The position numbers were made by a program, and so were the translations under genes. The notes below the pieces were generated by a model. It ran no database searches. It had not been told where the DNA came from and was given only the letters and a program-made list of their open reading frames with translations. A stretch of DNA of 63,024 nucleotides, filler included, from Phoronis australis (Eukaryota > Animalia > Phoronida): NCBI GenBank assembly GCA_002633005.1. It is 6 parts of 6 records of this genome, joined end to end, with 100 filler letters (N's around TTAATTAATTAA, not from the genome) between each part and the next. Parts side by side here need not be neighbours in the genome. Positions count along the whole stretch, not along the records: positions 1 to 21,386 come from NMRA01001183.1; 5 more parts are not named here. One strand, given 5' to 3'. Shown here in pieces: positions 1 to 13,300 of this stretch (position 1 is its first letter; each line of letters opens with the position of its first letter).

Positions 1-839
1 CTCACAGATTTTGTGTGCACAGGCCGACGGTCGTTAGCTCTACCGTGGAGTATTATAGTCCAAGGCTCGATCTACATGTTGGGGACGAGGTGAACTACCC
101 GGGCTGTGTGAAATTTCTGGGTCTAACGGAGACACTGACGTAGTGGTCAGCCAGCTTGCTGTATCAAGACTATAGTCAAAATCCAAATTCGTTTTATCGT
201 GTCCCAGTCAATAATAACGGCATGCTAAAGTTTTTTAATTTCCGTACTTAAGGAACCTAACAATCACGTGTTTTGTACATACGCGCACGCCGCAGATCAC
301 ATCTCGGAAATTGCCGATTTGACAGATGACAATGAATGAGCACAATGAAATTAAACGTCGTTTTACAGCTTGTAAGATTCATAATAAATGTATTTTGAAT
401 ATTGCAATGCATGTGTTCCAAAATCTAAATAACTTGGGTTATATATTTTTGTATTCGTGCGCGCCGAATGAAAGTAATCGTGAGTGTTGCTGTGTTGCAA
501 AATCTCTTATCCTGGGCCGATTTGAAAAATTCAAAGTTGTACTCATATTTGTTTTCGCTCCTCTTTTCAAATATTACAGTAAAAACTACGTAAAACTCTC
601 CTCATAAAAAGTACAGTCTGCTAGCTAGATTGTAATCATCTGATCTTATCCGCATGAGCGAAGCCAATTATCCTCGCTCGTGACTCGATGAATAGAGCAG
701 CTTGGCGGCATCCCTTTGATCGTGAGCCGAGCGCGACTCAGCCAAGGTGGATAAATACGGTCTAGTTCAATCTTCCAAACCCCACCGTTTACCTTGACCA
801 TTAGGACCAATCTTATTTAGTGGGAATGTTTATAGCATG
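1..839. mobile_element. interspersed repeat (putative DNA transposon end ...TATAGCATG) in a TEX11 intron
   Basis: ~380-839 is the near-identical reverse complement of 11660-12106; extension to position 1 is inferred. Confidence 0.7.
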
Positions 840-1201
840 GAGAATCTAGGGCACTTTCAGTACCTAAGCACAGTAATTATTGACTTATTTACCAGATTAA
901 TATGTCTGATAAGTGAAATTCTATTTTGTCAAATTTCTCCACAAAAATAAAGATTCATTTACCAAAATTTTAGTCCATTAGTAGCATGGCTTGTACAATG
1001 TACACGTCATAAAACAACTTTTGGTAAATATTTCCTGATTTGCCACGAAGTAATCCACTTCAGACAAATGCAATAATGACAAATTTGGCAATTAATTTGT
1101 GAAAATTAAGTGGAGACTTACCATTAGCTTATGTTGCACAATTAGTGAAACTAATCTATGAATAATAGATGTCGTAGAGTCAATGAGGCAGCAACTAATA
1201 C

Positions 1202-1304
1202 CTTCCTTTCCATTATCCATAGCCAACAGAACTTTAAATTTAATGAACTGGTTGTACGGTGAAGTGGGATCATATTTCTCAGCCATTGCTACACATTCTA
1301 AAGC
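1202..1304 (-). CDS. TEX11: TEX11 exon (ALECVAMAEKYDP...DNGKE)
   Basis: ttttag acceptor; donor gtatta at 1201, with a stronger gtaagt donor at 1121 also reachable in the open frame. Confidence 0.85.
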
Positions 1305-4300
1305 CTAAAATGTAAGATAGGTGGTCAAATTAATTTAAAGCTGTACTGTCAACAGTAACTAGTTTAAAACCAATAATGAATTTTATTTCAGAGACACTGT
1401 GAATAGAAGAAAAAATAGTATGAATAGATGGCCAATAAAACTACACAATGCCATACAGATAAGTCAACTTAACATGGCTTATAGTGAAGCAAGTGTTCCC
1501 TGTAAACTGAAGGCATAATAACTGTCACAAGATCACCACACTCTCAGTTTACGTATCATACCTATTTTAAGTGCAAAAATCATATGACAGTTACTAAAAT
1601 ACTTCAATACTAAGATGTCCTAATAGCACTTAACTATAAACTGAAAGTTTCAATCACCTCAGTCAACTTTCCCAAAGCAAGCAGACAGCCAGCCTTGTTA
1701 CGGTAGATTTTAGCCAGGTTCAAGCCATCTGTTTCGTCTGTGAATACACTCAGTGAATAATTGTACCACTGCAATGCTTCAGTGAATTCACTGTTCTGAA
1801 ACACAAGAGCATGAAGTAGAATGGCCGAAGAGTGAAGAAGGAGTCTCAATTAGATCGTTTCCAGGTGGGGAAGTTTTACCCCTCCCTCAGCCTAATGCAA
1901 ACCTTAAGGTGCATGAACTGGGTAGACATTAGCAGACAGTGCATTGTGAAATTAAAATTAATTTTAAATTGACATGGAGAGTAGCTGGCATTTTGTCGTA
2001 GGCTTTGAAATATAATGGATGGACAGCCTGGAGAGACAAGTGGACACTTGAGACAAAATCTGAGAATGCAGTATTCATGTCAGGAGAGTAGGCGGGACGG
2101 GCGAGCAGAAGCAAGCAATTACTTTAAAGTTGGCTTTACTTGAGTGTTATAATTATATTGTGAAGAATTACAACACATAATATTTAAAACATAAATCATG
2201 TGGGTTATCATTGAGTGTTAAGCAAGGCATCTTACAGTGGGCTTGGAAACAAAAGATGTAACATATATTAAAATATTAGAAAGAGTAGTGCCTGTGAGGT
2301 GTATAAACAATATTTCAAAACTGATTCAACATGAAATATGCACTTTTATCGAATGACCTCAAAACACTTTGCAGCATTCTGCCACATCAAACCATGAAAC
2401 TTATTCTTCACATCAGAGTCCATAGGCTGCTTGCTATTTCTGTCTTCTGCAACAGAGGACAGAAACAGGAAAATAACATTACAAATAACATTACAAATTA
2501 CTGACACTCCATGTAGTTCAATAACTAAAATTATGACAGAGGCTGAAAAATATTGATAATAAACACTGGCAGATCAAAGTTAGAGTAAGGTGGGGTTAAC
2601 CTCAATATCTAAAGGACAAGTGTTAGCGTTACCCCTACAACAGCATACTGGCACCACTTTGTTTTTGGCCAGAACCCCCCAATATTTTGCAATAAAACAG
2701 CTACATCAGAAATAAAATCAGCAAACAAAACAAAGAATTAAAACACAGTAAAATGCATCAATTAAAAATGACAATTTCTGTATAATTAAATGACAAAGAA
2801 AAGGCTATTTGAACAGGGCCAACTATTTTTTGAAATTGAGGCCAATCTCATTAGTTCACTGAACATTTTGCCTGTTTGAAGATTTATCGTGTGTAAATTG
2901 ATGCAGTGCCAATAATGAAATGCCACTAATGACAATACACCAACAGAGGTCTCACTTTACTTAGTGAGATCCTAATGTGTTGTACCTTTGGCAAGTGTGG
3001 TAATTCTTTACTTCATTGAGCACAAAAGATGGCTATTAAGTAAAATATTATTCTATTTTGTAAGATTTCTCCATAAAAAATAAAGATTAAGTAATTATAG
3101 ACTATTTTAGGCTAGTTTGTAGCGTGTAAATGCTATAAAACATTTGGAAAATTTTCATCATTATTATCATTATCATTACTTTTCAACATTACTTTTATGC
3201 AAAAGTGGATAATCACTGTAGCTGTGTCTCAACACAAATTTTACAGGATTAAAAAATGTGAATTTTCAAATACTTTGGCAATATACAGATTTTTCTTTGA
3301 AACACAGAATAAATTCCTTCATTAAGGAGCAATTGGCATGGGCGTTGATGGTTAAAGTCAGCTGGGAACAGCAAATTGAAATTTACTTGTTTTGTTAAAC
3401 CACAATAGCTGAATGACAAGTCAGACCCATGTCATCAGTTACTTACTGGTGATACAAGACTCAATAACTTTCTTAGCGTCCTCAAGTCTCCCGAGTTCTA
3501 ACAGTGTTTCAATATGAAGCATGTCGATTTGTCCACATTCAGGTCGATTAGTGTATCTTGTTACAAGCAGCTCAATACCGGCTACGGCAAAATCCAATCT
3601 GCAGAAAAACACTTGTGAAGAAAAACAGAACATAAATTACAAGAATGACAATACCACATTGAGGTGCTTCCAAACATTTAATGGGCTCTGTGTCGGGTAA
3701 AAAGTTTGGCAAGTGACTATATCCTAGAAAAAGATAGAGCATTTCTATACTGCTTCTGGATTTTAAATGTAACATTTAATAGTCATTGTTAAATATTGAA
3801 GGGTTCTTTAGGTCAGAGACAGGAGTCAACCAAATATTTCGCCTGTCAATGGATGCTACATGCAGCCACATCAGGTCCCAGCTTGAAGTGCACACATATA
3901 TGAGACTACTACAAAGATTACTAGTCACCTGTTGTTTTGAGTCGCACATCTCACAAGGCTGATGGCAGATTCAAGTTCAAAACCTGGATCATTTATCAAG
4001 TCCTCAAAGGCTGCAAAACAAATTATGAAATAATGGTCACTGGAGCTGCTGTTTCATATTACAGAGTGAAGATCAAGTTCTTTTTGGATAATAATTGACA
4101 TTACAGCAAGTTTAATATTACTAATTCTAAAGCAATCTTAACCAGTAATTGATATTGAAATCTACATATTCAAAGATCGAGGACAACATTTACATGCGGC
4201 GTTAGTATGTTACCAAAGAGTACGAGAGGAAAGGACTGTGAATACATTGCGGTAAAGTCGCGTGATTTTCGGACACTGTATCAGTGGCCTATTTTGAGAT

Positions 4301-7300
4301 CAAGTTGGTCTTACACTTTGCAGATTATTATTTTAATGATTTATTCATATTAATGATTCATTTTCGAGCCTCAGAAGTGGGGGCATCCGTTTTCAACTCA
4401 CACCTGGAGACCACGGAAAACAATTAGCCTCTCATAGCAAGTTGTAGAATTATTAATTTCTTGATTTTACTTTGAAGCAGTTGTGTCTCAGGAGGTGCAC
4501 AACTAACTTGAAACGACCTTGACTTGTACTTCATTCCAACATATCTGCGTAAAACTAAAATACAAAAATATGATTACCACAACTTGCTAGAAAAGCCTCG
4601 CTTTCCAGGGCAGACCTATGATTTCATCCACCTTGGACCAGAAAGGGACATGAAGTATAGTCTCTTATTTTGGCTCATGTACCTTTATCATTATGAAAAA
4701 ACAAATCTTTTTGAAGGTGCTCAAGTGTTTCACATATTGACGAGTGTGCCTAAACTTGACTGTAGTCAGAGGTTGCTACCTCTTGCTCGCCAAATTATGT
4801 GAAACGCATGTCCTGAACTGTATACAATATGTTTTTGTCTGTTCTTAATGCTCTTCAGTACGACAGTTTTAATTTATGCAGAAGGCCATTTAAAAACTTA
4901 CATGGGTACAACTTGCCCAGCACTGTGTATTATGGGAAAGTTTATAGTGCTTTAGCAACATAAGGCAAATTTTAACGTTAGCACGCAAGTGCACGAGAAA
5001 GCATGCACCGTCAACCCCCAGAATATCAAGCAGTCTTGATGATGCTGTCACGGATTCAAGTGAGCCAGTCGCTATTCATGGGATTGGCTGAACGTGTTAG
5101 AAGAGATAATTGCTGTCATAAATCAACATGCCTGTCAAAGTCAAAAAATAAACAATAAGTAAGGCGAATGACCAACAAAACTGTTTTAAAAATTGAAAAG
5201 AAAATAGTAGCCGTCTTTGAATTTTTAAAATCAATTCATTACAAGAGTAATTAGCGGATAGGTTTTCTTCAGTATCTCGGCTAAGCCACGAGCATTAATT
5301 TATGAATTGATTAATCACTGTTGGGCTCAGGCTCACTTAGGTGTTAAGGTAACAAAACTCCAAATGTTAGCGTAAGAGTTGTCTCACCTCACCTTTGCAA
5401 CACTGAGACACACTGCCATTTGTGTGGAGCAAAACTTTGGCCATTAAGTAAATTCCAGAAGTAGAAGGCTTTACCTGCAAATTGTACATACGTCTGAAGT
5501 TTTCGTTGGAAATCTCATAACAAACTCAATAGCGCCAAATGATATTGATGATAATAATAATAATAATAATAATAACATAATAATAAAAATAATACATTAT
5601 TAGAAAATTAATTTATTTTACGAGCAAGTGTGTTTCTTTCAGGAATATTTTGCAAACATTTCCAGAACTTAGAGCACAGTCCATTTTTGCTGAACAAAAT
5701 CTTTAATTTCTATTTTGTAGTACTGTATCAATTTCAATGTTTTATACATTGTTTAACCCAATCCAACCAGAGCAGTAAATATTATAGAACACATTATTAT
5801 TTACTGATCTCTGCATGTTTAATGGACAGGATGTCAAAATTGAGAAACCCAAAAAACCCGAGATGGAAAGTATTAAGCTATACATGGGCATTTTAGAACA
5901 AATTTAAAATTAAAGTTGAAAAGTTGGGGAGAGCATTTACCTATTAAAAAGTTGATCTCAGTTCATAAATTTACTGTTACTTGAGATGAAATGTCCCAGA
6001 CTATTGCCAGTTGGATTGGGGCTCAGAGTCAAAATACGAGGTTAAATGGCACCTCTGACACAACTTAGAACGCTGAAAATCCTGACTGTACAGTTCAGAG
6101 GCATGTGTATACGTGTAAATGAACATCCTCGGCATTTAAAAGCGAAAATTTGGACAAAAGGGTTAAGCCAAACATGTACGAGACAGTATAGTACAGAGTT
6201 TGGTATTTAAAGACACCTTAAGTCTATTTAAAAAACACCAGTTCATCAAAAAAGTCATGAGATGAAAGACACCGCAGTCAGACACGATTGATGACAATTA
6301 GTATGGAGCATAAAAACCACAACTGCATATTTCTAAATTTTCGAAAAATACCAGCTATTAGCATCAAAAGAAAACCAAAATGCCAACTACTCACACTGTT
6401 TGCTAATGTAACAGCATCTAATGCTTGACTGCCGTACTTGTTAACATCCCACTCTATGAAGACATTGGTGAGGAGACGCAGAGTTCTTGCCTTAAAGTTA
6501 AATGAAGAATGAATTTGTCACGAGTGAACTATGAAAAACATGAGGTAAAGAACACTACACAGCTGCACTATTGTGTAGTTACCCCAAGGCTGCATCAAGT
6601 GTTTCTGACATTATTTATAATGACACGATTTGGACTAAAACTGCGCAGTCAAATATATTTCAGGTCTTGTGTATTTTTCCAATTCAGGTAACCAAGGGGC
6701 ATTTTAGCGCCCCAAGCTTTTACAAAATTATGTGTTTGGTTTAATCGGTGTGTGGTGACAATGGCTGTGTATGCTCCCACGGAGTTAAGGGTGTAAGAGC
6801 TCTACCTAGCCTGGTAATAATCTTCAAAGTACTAATAGTATGGTATTCAATATGATAGTTAAAATCTGGTCCATTCATTGTGATTTTTGATTTTGGCTTT
6901 GAGTTCATTTAACTGGATCAAAATGATGTCACACAAAACAAACCCATACCTGCTGTCCCAAATTTTAGAGAGCTCAGCTGCTTCAGAAGCTCCTTTTTAG
7001 CATTATCTGAATTCTGTTTCACAAAGATAAAATAAATACAAGATCGAGTGAGCTTCCCAACACTATGCAACTACCACCAGTCAGGTCAGACAAGGGGTCC
7101 AAGGCAATGATTTAGCCAGATAAGTGTTCGTAAGAAAACTCAGTGAAATAACATTAATTGTAATAAAACTATGTAGCACAGACAGCTTATGACATTGCTG
7201 AACAGCTATCAAGCAGCATGTTTCAATAGAAGTAAACTGAGTTAGGTTTATTGCTTTTCTGGCTCCAGCCAGAACAGGCATTTCACAGAAAATAGTCGGG

Positions 7301-10300
7301 TAATTAGTATAGCTTAGTGCTGTGTCTTTGTTACATGTTGACACTACTCTGATGGTTAGGCCTGACCCGCCAATTCCCTCATCCTGAAATTATATCTCTT
7401 CTTTGAAGAGGTAGAAAAATGCAATTGTACTAGTTTTCAAAAAGTAGGGCAGCTAAAACACTTCAAAGCCGAGTCAATTCAATGAAGCACATTTTATCGT
7501 GCCAGCACTCAGCTTTTGAAATTTCTATGTCTGCACTGTGCAATGCACTCTAAAACCGAGTAAAACTTTGTTCAGATCAGAATGACTGACAAACTAATTT
7601 TAGTGTAAGTTATAGCAATTAGTACAACAGAAGCTACAACCTTGGGACAACTGCCACACAGATGCACGGCATTGTGTGAAAATACTGCAAATCAGAGGGG
7701 TTCGGTTAGAGATGTTGTATTCCGGAAAGTAGGTATTAAGAGTCAAACAAATTTTTAAATCTTGAAGTACTTACCAACACCAGTTCCGTTTTAAAAATTA
7801 AGTCAAATCTGTATGGAATGCTCTAAAATATTCATTTTCTGAGGATTTACAATATTTATAACTTTTTAACGACAACAGTTGATTTGTTTCTTATAATCAT
7901 GCACCCAACAAAATTCTTTTAGAATCTATGAGTGATATTTTTTCTTAGTAGTATGTGTTAGAAGAAACTATAAGCGAAAACTCCACGATTTAAGGACACA
8001 ATGTAGCAGACAAGGGATATTTTATTTCCATAAAAGATTGTTAGGAGCAAATTTTATATATTACCACGTTCAGCTTCTGGTCATCAGACATTTTGAAAAG
8101 ATCATGGGGAATGACGATAATATTTCAACACCTTAGACAAATATGTAATAATTTTTGTCCAAAACTGATAAGATTTTACCATTATAACAGTTCAAAAGAT
8201 GTGTCCATTATTTCACCTGTTTGGAAGAGTCTACGACAACTTGACCAATATGATAACTTTCCTGTAGCCAGGCAACACTCTCTTCATACTTCTGTGACTC
8301 GTAGGCTTCAACACCAAAATTGTAGCACATCATGGACACAGCAAATTGCTGGAATCACATTCAGTTTATACAATGTGAGAAATGATACTCAAGGTTTCCC
8401 AGCCACCAGCAACCATGGCCAAAGTCCAGACTATTTTAGGCCATACCTAAGCAACATTTCAACCCACTGTAGCCCATGCAGGAAATCAATTCTCAGAACA
8501 CAAAAAACACAGTTTACTTTAACTATTTAATGTTCTGGTACATGCTTGACGTCTACATCATACTTTTGGTTTGCGGAACTCCATATATTTATATTAATTT
8601 CATTTTTATAGAAATCAATGAAAAAGTTCAAAATACATACTAATTTAGAAAGTAAAATATGACGAACTGAGCAAGGGGTATTTGAAAAGGTACCACCCCT
8701 TCAAATTTGCCTTTGTTGATATCATGTTACACATATGGTGAAGTCACACACGTCAGTTTGTGCTGCGTAACGAGTGTCACATATACAACACAATTGAAGG
8801 TTAAAACTAATGTTCATAGACATATTTAATGCAGACGCTACTTGTGACTCTGTTAATGTATAAGTATCAAGACAATGGAACATAATTTTACTGCTTTATC
8901 AATAATAGCCCAGGTTGTCAGATACAGTCAGCTGAGAAGAAACAAACAAAAACTAAATCTACTGGTAATACAATATATAATTGTGTTGCTACTAATCAGC
9001 ACATTTATATCATTTATCGTAACCTACTTTGCTCGGGGTATACCACGAGCTATGTTGCAGAGTAAAACAATTTTTGTTCGCCAAAACATAATGCTTTCCA
9101 ACGCTTTATGGGCTTAACTCTTATTATTGTACATTGTATTTTTCATAATAAACATCAAAAATTTTTGTAAGAATTATTAGTCTTCATACATGTCACATGT
9201 TCCTTATGTTATATGAACTACGAGTCATGTGACCAACATATATGAAGTGTATCAAGATGTATATTAATTAACTTATAAACTAATACTTGTAAAACTTGAG
9301 CTGGCTTTCATGAATGACCATGCAATCAATGACGAGTAACATTGTTTTCACTCCTACCCTTAAGCCTAAAAATTCAGTGACAAACATGGGGATAATCAAT
9401 AAGCAATTACACGCTAGTGCCTGTCATTATGCTTAAGAGTACTCTTGATTGCACACAGTAATTAAAATGTTTTAAATAAGGCAATCCAGGCCCCAGGACA
9501 ATAACATCAAAACTGTATAGTATTAAGTTAACACCTGACTTTAATTTCTAAAGAAAATATTAGGATACAAAGACAGAAAGTTAAAAAATAGTTTTTATCT
9601 TTGAGAAACACATAAAAACATTCTCTTCTATTCCAACTAGTTACAAAGTTCACAAAATGAAATGCAAAGTATGAGTTTTGTCAAAACATATTGGAATTTC
9701 AATATAACATCAATTTTAGTCAAAACTAAAACAAAATTGAAAATATCCATTTTAAGTATAGCTTAAGAATTTCTGGTGGTACACTAACAAAATGAATACT
9801 GAAGTGAAGTGAAAAATTACTTTTTATAAACTTTGAAAGCACAACTGCAGTACGCACAATGAGATTAACATCTACAAAATGTCCTAGTTTTAGTGAAGCC
9901 AAACACGATACAGCTTCAGTGTTGCCTGTAAACGGTATATATTGTGATCGTCAATGTCTAGCAGAGAGGAAATGCGCCTATTCTAAGTAAGGTTATTTTT
10001 GGAGTGCAACTAATCATGCAACATAACACGACTGAGACTGCAGTCAGCGGAACTGGCAAACAAACGTCTAACCACTTACTGGCAGCATAATGCTGTAACA
10101 AACACTATTTAGTTCTATTCATGCATCAAACCACTATCTCTGACTCATACACTCTCCTTTGCCAGCCGTCTGATATTCGTTTCATTACAAGAACCGATGC
10201 ATCAGTTGTTCCCACACATTATATATATATCAGTCCTCAATGTCTGCTTTATTAATATTCATCTTTTTTGTGTTATTATCAGTTGGCACATCGTTAGTTT

Positions 10301-13300
10301 CCTGTAAGATGGAGTTAATGACAGATATAGTGTCATAATCACTATCCGAGTCAGTATCCCCCTTGGTGTCAATAACCATTGGTTTCCTAAAAATCAGTTC
10401 ATTTTTAAAGCTGTCCATTTTCTCCTGCTCCTCTTCAGCTTTGGGTAACAAGTCAGCCACAAGGTCTTCAATTTCTACACTAGGATAGTCTTCTTCTAAA
10501 CTACCGCCACGCCGCGGAGTTGAAACCTTTGCACTGGAACTCGGCTCTTTGTTCTCCTTGTCCGCAGTCGAGGTATCTCCTCCTGTTACGTCCACACCAA
10601 ATTCCTTGCAGAGCGCATTTAGATCCATTTTCGTTGACATCCGTTTATGAAACACTTTTCCTTTTGGCAAGTTTGCTCTAGTGTCTTTCAAATCGATGTC
10701 TGCAGGTCTCTTATCAAACGTAGTCACATTGAATTCTTCACAAAGTGCATTCAGGTCAAATGTTACGAATCTAGAAGATCGACGCTTGGTCATAGGTTTT
10801 TTAGCCATCGCTGACAAACAGGCCCATGGCAGACCACCATCTCTTAAGATGAACTTGAAGAGCCAACAGACCTGTACAACTGCTGAGGTGGTTAATGGCA
10901 ATACGGTAAGATTGAATAACAATGGCTATTGATTGTACACACTGGGAAGAGTCCAACACTCTGCAAGGTCATTATAGGCAGCATTGTGATCAATGATGAT
11001 CAATGGGTAAGATTATGTATTAGTGAAATGCAACATGTATGTAATCCTCTGTATTAGATTATTCAACAAGAGAACTTCATTATCTTGGCAAGCTTGATAT
11101 ACATGACCATCCTTCATTAGCAGGCAAGTGAAGAAGAGAACCCAATCACATATAGCGGCGAGTTCACGTTCACAGCAATTATTGTTCGTGAAAGGATTAC
11201 GAAGACTAATTGAATGATCGCATGACAAATTTTCTGCAATTTACTACTATATAAAAATCACAGATTTCGTCAATCAATTTCTATAATAGCGACATCAACA
11301 ACACAAATGCCAAACTAATGGTAAAATTAACTGGACAGTTAAGTGATTGTCACATCTCTTATTTTAACAAAGTCTAGTTTTTGCAACGTATCAAATTAAT
11401 ATTCATTCCAAAGTAGTAACTATTTTTTACCATAATTCTTTTTACTCGTTCCTTAGCACTAATTGTCAAGCTGAATACTTTATTGTCTGAGAGTTCAGTA
11501 CTCAAATAAACATATCAGTTTAGTTTACGGAAAAATCTCAGCAAATTCGGACAAAAATAATTGTCCAAAATGCTTTTTAAGGGCTTCTAAGCTTGTAGTG
11601 AATGCCCATAAATTTTCAAAACTTTATTTGATGGTGTTTGTGGTATAAAACCTGAACATCATGCTATGAACATTCCCACTAAATAAAATTGGTTCTAACC
11701 CCAGTGGTTAAGGTAAACGGCGGGGTATGGAAAATTGAACTAGACCGTATTTATCCACCTTGGCTGAGTCGCACTCGGCTCACGATCAAAGGGATGCCGC
11801 CAGGCTGCTCTAGTCATCGAGTCACGAGCGAGGATAATTGGCTTTGCTCATGCGGATATGATCAGCTGATTACTAGCAGACTGTACTTTTTATGGTGAGA
11901 GTTTTACGTAGTTTTTACTGTAATATTTGAAAAGAGGAGCGAAAACAAATATGAGTACAACTTTGAATTTTTCAAATCGGCCCAGGATAAGAGATTTTGC
12001 AACACAGCAACACTCACGATTACTTTCATTCGGCGCGCACTAATACAAAAATATAGGACCCAAGTTATTTAGATTTTGGAACACATGCATTGCAATATTC
12101 AAAATANTGTCAAGCTGAATACTTTATTGTCTGAGAGTTCAGTACTCAAATAAACATAATAGTTTAGTTTACGGAAAAATCTCACCAAATTCGGACAAAA
12201 ATAATTGTCCAAAATGCTTTTTAAGGGCTTCTAGGCTTGTAGTGAATGCCCATAAATTTTCAAAACTTTATTTGATGGTGTTTGTGGTATAAAACCTGAA
12301 CATGGAAAACCATTCAATTTGGTGCTACAATCTTTCTACGAAAGATGAGGAAACAAAATTTCACTTGTCTGCGATATTGTGTCCTAAATTGGTGAGGTTT
12401 TACTGTAGTCTGCAAATAATGCAACTATGTAAATATCCTTATGACTACAGGCAGTCATCACATGGAGCATGTGGCTAAAAACATAACTAACCATGTGGAG
12501 TGTGACTGGAGCCAACATTATTCAAGTGAATACAGATAGCAACCAAAAGCAAAATAAAAATTTGGAAATAAATTTTGAGCGAAAGAAGAGAAGAACCACC
12601 GTTATTCATCAAAACCAATTGAAAATCATTGTGATGGTTCAGTTACTACCAAGATTTATATGTTATTGTGTTGATTTATGCAACTGGCAGTCAATAATTG
12701 ATTTCCCTGACAGAAGAACTCAGTGGGAGTAATTAGCGTTGCTAGTCATGCCCTACAAACCAGGACACAACAATGTACTGTGCAACTACAAGGTCTCTCA
12801 AAATGGGCTCACACTTCAAAGTGCACCACTTGCTGACCTAAGAACAAGATTACTGGTTTAAATGCCATATCTGAAGTACCAATATTTGCCTTGGATACGT
12901 AAAATTCAATTATCAGAGCCAGCTTGTACTCATTAAGTGGAACAGAATTCCCCTAAGAGCCTTGTGATCATGTAGCAGTCATCAGTATAGATTATTGGCT
13001 ACCACAGGCTGATGTCGGCACAACAGAATAAAGGATGCGCATTTGTTATCACAACCAATCAGTAACACCAAATTGTTACTCAATAACTGTATTTTGATAC
13101 TTTGTTACAAAGATTTTTAAAACACTAAAACAGACCAATGCTTTAGAAGATATTCCCCAATTACGCTTTTTCACCAAGATAAAAATTGTTTAAAAGTGCA
13201 CATAAGATAATAATTATTTTACTTTCAAGCTACTCCTTGTTATAAAGTTTAAGAAAAAAAATTATAACCAACTCATTTTTTCAGAAATTATTCCCCAATG

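Noticed and set aside
8093-8530. 145-aa plus-strand ORF
   Set aside because: Antisense shadow of TEX11 exon 8217-8348; no protein-like features.
10681-10932. 83-aa plus-strand ORF
   Set aside because: Antisense shadow of the nested ORF, non-ATG start.
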